A stretch of DNA of 44,609 nucleotides, taken from NCBI GenBank assembly GCA_048213135.1, contig PS015301.1, positions 1 to 44,609 of the forward strand. The letters are read 5' to 3'. The DNA comes from Reclinomonas americana ATCC 50394 (Eukaryota). Position numbers and translations under genes: made by a program. This document shows positions 35,610 through 44,609 of this stretch, piece after piece; within the stretch, counting starts at the first letter, position 1, and every line of letters starts with the position of its first letter. The notes beneath the pieces were generated by a model. That model saw only the letters and a list, made by a program, of their open reading frames with translations. It was not told where the DNA came from and did not search any database.

Positions 35610-36044
35610 TCCCCCCTCGACCTGCCGAAATTCGTTAAGCCTTGACACGGGTGAAAAAATCAAGCAGGAGTGTTTCGCCCCTCTGCGTGTACACATGGAT
35701 GTGGGTGTGAGTCAGGAAATGAAGACAGGGATGGGCTTGCAAACCAACGTCGTCATGTCCTCCGACCTATTGCGACGTTCGCGCATCGGCAGAGACATCA
35801 GCAGCGTCGCTTAGTTGTTACCTCGTCACCGGCGGGTACGTGTTATTCACCGTGCCTCTCCCCTCCACCTTGCGCACTCTCCTTCTCTGTCTGCCGCGGC
35901 CGCCATGTCTCCTGCTATTTGTGTGCGTGTGTGTTGTCACTGACCAGTCCGCCCTGCTCTGCCTCTGCAGTCAGGCGACAGAGGCTCTTGCAGAGGCGCT
36001 CCAGCAGAGCGGAAGCGGAGTGTGCACAGGGTTGGGGGGCGGCC

Positions 36045-39000
36045 ATGGCCACGCGATTGAGCGACAAGATCAACGAGTTCCTCGCACAGCAGCAGCCACC
36101 GCAGCAGCAGCAGCCTCCGCCACAGCAGGTGCACGCGCAAGCTGAGCACAAGTCCAGTCGACGGCGTGACAATGGTGAGAGAGTGGATGCACAGGCAGTG
36201 ACGAACTGACAATGCGTGTCGGCGACTGACACGGTGTGCGTGCAGTCACTCGGCGACCCAAGTCCTCCAGTGGCAGCAGCGGGAGTCGCAGCAGCAGCAC
36301 GAGCAGTAGTAGCAGCAGCAGCAGCAGTAGTGGCAGCAGCAGCAGTGGAGGCAGCGCCAGGAGCCGAGGGAGCAGCAACAGTGGCAAGGTTGTCGATAAT
36401 GCTACTGCTGCCGCTGTTGTTGCTGGTGTGCCTGTGGAAGCTGCGCAGTTTGGCGGTGGCAGCGCCAGCAGCGAGAGTGTCGTGCACAGCAGCGGCACGG
36501 GAAGCGTAGACGACTACGATGACGGCGATGATGATGATGATGGTGACGATGACTATGAGGATGCATTGGAGGGATGCGCCGGTAAGAGAGTGGAGTCACC
36601 GGGTGCACCTGCAGCGGAGGCGCAGTCGAGAAGACGGCCCTCTGCGTCGTCTGTTGGCGAATCTCCTGCCGTGACGGCGGCGGCAGCGGCGGCAGCGGCG
36701 GCTTCGGCGGCTTCACCGCTGCTGCAGCCGGTGATGAATTACTGGAGCATTCCGCCGTCGGCCGCCGCCAGCTTGGTGGGCGGCCGAGCGCCGGGCTCCA
36801 CGTCTGTCACCTCGACGTCCACCACAACGACGACCACGACCACCACCACCACCACCAGTGCCACCGCGGCGGCGTCTGCAGCGGCGGGCAGTGGTGCTGC
36901 TGGGTCTTCGGCGGCGCTGGAGGAAGACGGACTGATCCTCCTCACAAAGAGTGCCTACCGAACAGACGTTGCGTGGTGGCGCGCGTGGAGATCTTTTTGC
37001 TGCCTGCCTTGTCCTCCACTGACTTTGTGTGTGTNNNNNNNNNNNNNNNNNNNNCGGCCGCCACAGCCGCGGCCGCGGCAGCCGAGAGCGACGACGCACG
37101 GACCGGTACTAACCGGCAGTTGCGTAGTTCCAGATGACCTCCCTCCACCAACAGCGCCTGTTCGAGATTCAAATTCTCCATCACCAGGTGGCCGTGTACG
37201 ATGATTGGCGCACTGCCTGACTCGAGAAACACATACGAGTAAGCAAGCAGCGCATGGACGGGAGAGAATAATGCGCGCCACGCACCTTTGATGTCCACCT
37301 GCGATGTGACGTCTCCGCGCAAGCGCACGGTGCGACCTCGTGGAATGATCACCGGCGTCTACACACACACNNNNNNNNNNNNNNNNNNNNNNNNNNNNNN
37401 NNNNNNNNNNNNNNNNNNNNNNNNNNNNNNNNNNNNNNNNNNNNNNNNNNNNNNNNNNNNNNNNNNNNNNNNNNNNNNNNNNNNNNNNNNNNNNNNNNNN
37501 NNNNNNNNNNNNNNNNNNNNNNNNNNNNNNNNNNNNNNNNNNNNNNNNNNNNNNNNNNNNNNNNNNNNNNNNNNNNNNNNNNNNNNNNNNNNNNNNNNNN
37601 NNNNNNNNNNNNNNNNNNNNNNNNNNCTGCAGCCACGGCCGGCCTGTCGTCATCGGCTGGGCGAAGACCAGCAGGGTCACCATCGACCCTGGATGCGCGT
37701 CACATGACCCCACACTCTGCACCACCATTACACACCGAGCTCGGCGACGGCGTCATTGCTCTCGGTGTGAACGGGCGTCTCGGTCGACCAGGCGTCGCTG
37801 ACCTCGGCGCGGGTTCTGTTGGCGATCTCATTGGCACCGGCACCGACGTGGATCACCGCCGTCGTGCCAAAGATGGACGCGCCAACGGATCCGCTGCTGG
37901 TGGCGATGGGCCCGGCGGCACGGCTGCTGCCGGGCTTCTGTCACGACACGATGCTGCCGAGCAGGACGACGAGTCCGCAGCCCATGTCAACGGCGCTGGT
38001 ACAGGTGGTCGAGGTGGCGGCGGTGGTGGCGGTCGTCGAGCAGTGCCTGCAGAGAACGGCGGCGGTGGTTCTCGTGCGCATCGTCGCCGTGCTGAGGTTG
38101 CCGACGATGATGAGGACGACGAGGCCGACGATGAGGATGATGAGGAGGACGACATTGATGAGGATGATGATGGCGACGACGATGACGATGACGACGTTGA
38201 CGACGAGGACCTGGACTACTACGATGACGACGATGATGACGACGAAGACGACTTGGGCGACGAGGATGGCGACAGTGACTTGGATGCGATTGAAGCGTCT
38301 CGGTTCAAGGTCGACGAACAGAGCGCCGGAGCCGGTCGACGAGTCGTGCGCAGCATCTGGGTCACTCGCGGTGGCTACCTCAGCGCACGGAAGACAACGT
38401 TTGACGTGCGCATCGAGGCACGCCAGGGCTCGACTGTGTGTCTGCAAACAACAGTGCACAACACCGGCAACAGTTGCGTGGCCGTTCTCTCTCTCTAGCT
38501 TGTCTGTCGAGAGATTCAAGACGACTAATCGTCGTTTCCCTGCAGTGCGCTGCGCCGTGATCACCGACGGATCGAAGCTCTTTGCGTATCACTGCGTGTT
38601 CCGAAAGCACGGCGGTGGTGGCATTCCGCCGTCGCCCTTTGGTATCGCCATCGACGATCCGGTTAGCACCAGTGACGACGATGATGAGGAGGAGTTCACA
38701 CTGGAGGACTTTGATCGGGGGCTCTCCTTGGCGGCGTCGTTGGTCGAGGCGGAGCTGTCGGACGGTGCGTGGGGGAATGTTTATGGCGAGTCGGTGGACC
38801 AGGATCAGCGTGATGCGGTGGCTTTGCATGGTGCGTCGCTGTGCTTGACCGTCCTCGACCATACGTGTGTTGGTACTGATGTGCATCTGTTTTTTTTGCA
38901 TGTGGCAGCATCGCCGTCACCGCCGTCGTCGAGCGCGTCGTTGCGGTCGGTGCCTCTAATTCTCTCCGGACAAGACATGAGATTCGGTTCCGGCATTGGC

Positions 39001-41992
39001 ATCATGCAGATGGCGGCTCCGGGTTCCGAGGCGGCCGCCATGGCCAGCACCGGGATTCTGCCGCAATTGGCCACCGAGCACGAGGCGATTTCGCTGCAGA
39101 ACTGCGCGCAAGCACGCCTGTACAGGCACGTGACTCCTTGCATTGTCGATTTGCTGTTGTGCCGAAATGGTAGCACGCTGACCACCATGTTGCGTCCGAC
39201 AGATGTCAATTGATGAGCGACAAGCTGGCCGTGACCGTGTGTGGCCCGATGTCTCGCGATGTAGAAATCGTGCACTGCCGCTTCAATCAGTGCGCCGGCG
39301 GTGCTCTCTTTGTGTGCACGCATGCGCGCGTGCACATGCTGCGCTGCCTGGTGCGTGATGTGCACACGTACGCAGTGCGCTGCGTGGCGGCGACCGTGAC
39401 ACTAGAGGAGAATGTGTTTGAGGACATTGTCGGTCACGGAGTTGATCTGATCAACAGCACCTCCAACATTATCGACAACTCGTTCCGCAACATCAACGTG
39501 CAGACCGCCAACAAGCCCACCGGTAACGCGCATGCAGTCTCTTTTGACGGTGTCTTGCGATTCACTCACCGACTCTTGTGTTGTTGTTGTTACAGCCGCC
39601 GACAGCCGTGGTGTCGGTATCGCTGTACGAGATGGTGGTCGCCCGGTTATCCGTGCCAATTACATTGATGGTGGTCACATCACGGGCATCTTTGTGGACG
39701 GACCGCAGTCGGCACCCATGATTGATGGCAACAAGATTCTCAACATCTCGGGCCCCTGCATCGGCATGCAGTCGTGCCACAGTGACACACTCGTCAAGGG
39801 CAACCTCTGTCTCAACTCCAGTTCGGTTGGCATTAGTGCTGTGCGGTGCGTGGCCACCTCGATCAAGGGCAACCGAGTGGAGAAGTGCAAGGACGCGGCC
39901 ATTATTGTCGAAGGACCACAGTCGAAACCGAGCATTCGACAGAACGAGCTGCGCGATTGTGGTATTGGTGAGTGCTGTGGATGTCTTCTTCTTTTTCTTA
40001 TCTCCGCGCTGAGCTCACACGCTGATGCCACCCCGCAGGCGTGTATGTGGTTGGCGATGCCGTTCCGCAAGTGATCAAGAACGTCATTGAAAGGTGTCGC
40101 AACGGCATCTACCTGCGAAGCTCGGGCGAGATCTCCAATTGTCGCATCGTGGATTCGGAGCGTCATGGCATCCATCTCGACGAGTGCACCGCCTGCTCTG
40201 TGACCGGCAATGAGATTGGTGCTGTGTCTGTGTGTGTGTTCTGTTCCTGCCGCACATGCGAATCAATCATTCACTCCTTGTGTGTGCGTGCGCGCAGTGC
40301 AAAGCGGTCAACACGGCATTCTTCTCGATGGGTGCGAGTCCATTTTGCTGGAGAACAACCGCATTCGTGAGACCAAGGTTGGCGCGGCTCTGGCCGTCGG
40401 CACGAGCCGACGAGTGACAGTACGCAAGTGTCAGCTGACCTCGAATGCCAAAACCAGTCTCTCCATTGGTGTGTTGCCGTGTGTGTCATCTCCACCCCTC
40501 TCCTTCTCATGTTTGTGCTGACGAATGCCTCGTGTGTGGCAGATGGCATGTCGGAGGCGGTGGTCGATGGCTGCATCATTNNNNNNNNNNNNNNNNNNNN
40601 NNNNNNNNNNNNNNNNNNNNNNNNNNNNNNNNNNNNNNNNNNNNNNNNNNNNNNNNNNNNNNNNNNNNNNNNNNNNNNNNNNNNNNNNNNNNNNNNNNNN
40701 NNNNNNNNNNNNNNNNNNNNNNNNNNNNNNNNNNNNNNNNNNNNNNNNNNNNNNNNNNNNNNNNNNNNNNNNNNNNNNNNNNNNNNNNNNNNNNNNNNNN
40801 NNNNNNNNNNNGCACAGAATGGTGGCTCTGGCGTGGCGATCGCGTCGCGCGCCGAGTGCCAGCTCACTCGCTGCTCCATTCACCACAACAGCGGTTCTGG
40901 TGTGGAAGTTGGCGAGCGCTGCAATGCAGTGGCCCTGCAAGGCTGCGATGTGCACCACAATGCGTGCGGTGTGAAGGTGACCACGAACCGCCTGACCAAG
41001 TTGCACGAGGGCAAGCTGCTGGCGTGGCGCGAGTCGAACAAGCTCGCCCGCAACACACACGAGCTCATGAGGTGCGTGTGTGTGCGCACTGGAGANNNNN
41101 NNNNNNNNNNNNNNNAAGTGAGGTGTGGCTGCTCCCTAATTCACATGTTTCGTGTGCAGCAACTCGTCACTGGCTGGATTGCCGCTTGTTTCGCGGCAGG
41201 AGGAGGAGCGACAGGTGGACAAGTTGCTCGAGTTTCTCGGTCACAGTGGCCCTGGCGGCGCGTCGTCAACGACGACGACCACCACCACCACCGCCACCAC
41301 CGCCACCACGACAACAGCAACACCAGTCAGCAATGGCAACGGTAGCGCTGGTGGCGCGCATGCTGTGTCGGGATCGGTGTCGCCTGTGCCGGCGGCGACC
41401 ATGAACGGTCACGTGGAAGCGTTGAAGCCGACGCGTGGGCAGGCGGCACACCGAGCCGCAGTGGTTAGCGCACCGGCCTCACCGACACCGACGGCGTCGG
41501 GAACCGGCACGGGCTCCGCCGGGTCCAAACGCGGTGGTGCGCTGACGGCTGCGTCGTCGCCAAAGAGCACCATCAACGTGCACAACGAGGGTGGCTCGAA
41601 GGCCTCTTCACTGTCAGCCGTTGCCGCGAACGCCGCACTCCTGGCATCACCGTCGTCGTCGTCTTCGTCGCTCACCGCGATGGACACGGAGACGGTGTCG
41701 CGGGTGGGTCCGGAGTCGCTGGTCCAGTTCTTCAGCGAGCTGCACAGCGTTCCCGCCTGGATGGCACAGATACCGACGGTTGCCGACGCCGAGGCGGCCG
41801 CACAGGGTCACAGCCAGTCCGACGACATGTTCGAGTGCCTGCCGGCGGTGCCGCGGCCCCTGCGCGCCATCCCACGATCAGCGCTGCTGCATTCGGCCGT
41901 GCAACAGAGCCCCATTGTGCCGTTCCTGGTGGGCCACTGGTCGGGCCCACCGTCGCTCCGCCATCGGTCGCGCTCAGCGTCCGCCACTCGCC
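36045..41992 (+). CDS. Large right-handed parallel beta-helix repeat protein (PbH1/NosD-like) with low-complexity regions; 3' end in a gap
   Basis: Repeating motifs such as GIAVRDGGRPVIRANYI, GIFVDGPQSAPMIDGNKI, AIIVEGPQSKPSIRQNEL, GIHLDECTACSVTGNEI and GVEVGERCNAVALQGCDVHHN. Poly-Asp, poly-Ser and poly-Thr tracts. The start codon is uncertain, with a possible upstream exon near 35905. Confidence 0.8.
37055..37358 (-). CDS. Internal exons of the beta-helix gene on a contig that appears inverted
   Basis: TPVIIPRGRTVRLRGDVTSQVDIK|GSAPIIVHGHLVMENLNLEQALLVEGGHLELRNCRL continues in phase 0 from the plus-strand exon ending LTKSAYRTD at 36967. Bounded by N runs. Confidence 0.75.
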
Positions 41993-43037
41993 NNNNNNNN
42001 NNNNNNNNNNNNNNNNNNNNNNNNNNNNNNNNNNNNNNNNNNNNNNNNNNNNNNNNNNNNNNNNNNNNNNNNNNNNNNNNNNNNNNNNNNNNNNNNNNNN
42101 NNNNNNNNNNNNNNNNNNNNNNNNNNNNNNNNNNNNNNNNNNNNNNNNNNNNNNNNNNNNNNNNNNNNNNNNNNNNNNNNNNNNNNNNNNNNNNNNNNNN
42201 NNNNNNNNNNNNNNNNNNNNNNNNNNNNNNNNNNNNNNNNNNNNNNNNNNNNNNNNNNNNNNNNNNNNNNNNNNNNNNNNNNNNNNNNNNNNNNNNNNNN
42301 NNNNNNNNNNNNNNNNNNNNNNNNNNNNNNNNNNNNNNNNNNNNNNNNNNNNNNNNNNNNNNNNNNNNNNNNNNNNNNNNNNNNNNNNNNNNNNNNNNNN
42401 NNNNNNNNNNNNNNNNNNNNNNNNNNNNNNNNNNNNNNNNNNNNNNNNNNNNNNNNNNNNNNNNNNNNNNNNNNNNNNNNNNNNNNNNNNNNNNNNNNNN
42501 NNNNNNNNNNNNNNNNNNNNNNNNNNNNNNNNNNNNNNNNNNNNNNNNNNNNNNNNNNNNNNNNNNNNNNNNNNNNNNNNNNNNNNNNNNNNNNNNNNNN
42601 NNNNNNNNNNNNNNNNNNNNNNNNNNNNNNNNNNNNNNNNNNNNNNNNNNNNNNNNNNNNNNNNNNNNNNNNNNNNNNNNNNNNNNNNNNNNNNNNNNNN
42701 NNNNNNNNNNNNNNNNNNNNNNNNNNNNNNNNNNNNNNNNNNNNNNNNNNNNNNNNNNNNNNNNNNNNNNNNNNNNNNNNNNNNNNNNNNNNNNNNNNNN
42801 NNNNNNNNNNNNNNNNNNNNNNNNNNNNNNNNNNNNNNNNNNNNNNNNNNNNNNNNNNNNNNNNNNNNNNNNNNNNNNNNNNNNNNNNNNNNNNNNNNNN
42901 NNNNNNNNNNNNNNNNNNNNNNNNNNNNNNNNNNNNNNNNNNNNNNNNNNNNNNNNNNNTCGTGGCGGAGGTGGAGGTTTGTGTGCGTTTGCGGACGATG
43001 CGTGCGTGGCTTTGGTGGTGAGCTTATGCGGGGTGTC

Positions 43038-44527
43038 GCTTCTTTTTCTTCGTGCAGCGGGTCTGGATGCGGCAGAGGAGGTGCTGCGTCGCAAGATCGA
43101 GTTGCTGCAGCAGGATATTGAGCGACGAGCGCAGACGGAGGAAAAGTTGCAGAACATGAACTCGACGCTGCGAGATCGCCTCGAGGCCTTCCAGCGCACC
43201 AACATGGAGAACGTGCAACGTGCCGAGCACGAGATGGACGCTCTCCAGTCCGAGCTGCATCGCATGGAGGAGGAGCAGCATCAATTGCGTGATTTGTTGA
43301 ACAAGGCAAGTCACATCACGTGACCCCGTATTCATCCTCCACCCATTGTGCTCATATCCCTCTCTTTCCCCACTCAACAGTCTGAGGAGGAGCGCAGTGA
43401 GTTGCAGCACCGCATGCAAGAGGCAATGGAGGAGTTGCGACAGGAGCGTGAGCGGCGCGCCGACGTGGCACGTCGTCTGGATGAGGAGCGTGAGGAGAAG
43501 GAGCGCAAACTCAAGATGCACATTCAGGTTTGTTTGTTTGTGCACAGTAACATGCGGTGAGACGATTCTCGACGCTCACAGTGTGTTTTTCTGCTGTTGC
43601 GTTCTCGCGCTGCAGCGGCAAGAGGAGATGGATCGCGAGCTGCGTGGATCCTCGGTCACCAAGGAGCGTCTGGAGGAGATGCTGGCCAACACGCGTGCCG
43701 AGCTGGCCCGCATCCAGTCAGAGACCGAGTTCTACCGTAGCAAGGTACACCGCATGCGCAGGTTGCTGACGCACTCGTGTATATTCCGTGACTGACATGT
43801 GGTGTGTCGGGGGTGTGTGCAGGCCGACGAGTACAGCCAGGAGCTGAAGGACAACATTTTGTTGGAGCAGAAGCTGGAGGCGGCTGCCGAGGTGTACGAG
43901 GAGCGTCTGCTTCGGCGCGTGTGGAACGCATTCAAGGACGGTGTGGCTGTGTCGCAGGTGCGTGCTGCAGTTTGTATGGTCAGCGCGTGTGCATGTGTTC
44001 TCGTGTCGTCGACTCACCTCCACCTGCGATCACAGATTCGCAGCCAGTGCAATGTGGCCTCTGACGTGTTCCAGCGACAGCGACTGTATCGTCTCGGGTG
44101 GAACACGTGGAGGTTCCACTTGCGGCTGCGTCGCCTCTCGCGCGAGAACGCGGAGCAGCGAGCCCGTGAGCGCCTGCAACGGTTTGTCAATGTCACCAGA
44201 GCACTGCGGAAGAGCAGAGAGCGGGAGACTGAGAGTGCCTGTCCCTTCTTTTGTTTCCTCGTGCGTAGTTGCTTCAACTCGTGGATGTTCCATCACTTGC
44301 TGGAGCAGCAGGCCAAGCGCGCAAGAAGCCGCCGACTGGTGAACCTGGTTCGCACGGCCCTCATTGCCTGGCGTGCCAACGCCCGAGTGACGGCGGCGGA
44401 CAAGCGCAAGGTCCGCTTGGCAGGTGCACACAGCCGCCAGGCGCTCCTGCGCAAGACGTTTGACCAGTGGCAAGTGTGGGTGCACCGTTTCGACATGGAC
44501 GAGGTTGGTGATGCATCTCGAGTCACG

Positions 44528-44563
<36 letters not shown>

Positions 44564-44609
44564 ACACACACACCCTGTCTCTCTTCTGCAGGTGTCGGAG
44601 CGGTCAAAG
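43038..44609 (+). CDS. Coiled-coil protein with Sfi1-like (centrin-binding type) repeats, partial
   Basis: Long E/R/Q/L coiled-coil exons are followed by LLRRVWNAFK, CFNSWMFH, LVRTALIAWRAN and LLRKTFDQWQVW, resembling the Sfi1 repeat LL...F..W. It may or may not be continuous with the beta-helix gene across the 41993-42959 gap. Confidence 0.6.

Noticed and set aside
38100-38280. Regular GAC/GAT repeats, and similar ACC/AGC tracts elsewhere, as a possible array or CRISPR
   Set aside because: These are coding trinucleotide runs (poly-Asp, poly-Thr, poly-Ser) with no repeat-spacer structure and no cas genes.
41152-43323. 723-aa ORF and other long ORFs spanning N runs
   Set aside because: Their length comes from translating Ns; continuity across the gaps is unsupported.

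Overview
A gappy scaffold from an intron-rich, gene-dense eukaryote, most likely a flagellated protist (inferred from a CDKL kinase and a Sfi1-like protein; the lineage cannot be named from sequence alone). Introns are mostly short (about 55-100 nt) and rich in CA/GA repeats, and the genetic code is standard. Genes, left to right: CDKL kinase (partial), casein kinase 1, a pseudokinase plus C2-like protein, an intronless malonyl-CoA decarboxylase, a Ser/Ala low-complexity ORF, tRNA-Thr(AGT), a RUN plus Rubicon-homology protein, FACT subunit SPT16, tRNA-Asp(GTC), a very large IP3-receptor-like gene whose pore region is not in the assembly, proteasome lid subunit RPN3, a right-handed beta-helix protein, and a coiled-coil protein with Sfi1-like repeats. 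Four gap-bounded contigs appear inverted. The most notable signal is a recurrent atypical 5' splice site, GTTGCGT (11 frame-supported cases in 5 genes, plus GTTAAG and GTTTCGT variants). It looks like the local donor consensus GTGCGT shifted by one nucleotide. Also notable are a 163-bp MITE-like element with a 9-bp flanking direct repeat, an unexplained island at 10.35-10.68 kb, and unusual IP3R architecture. All family calls come from motif recognition by eye; no searches were run.
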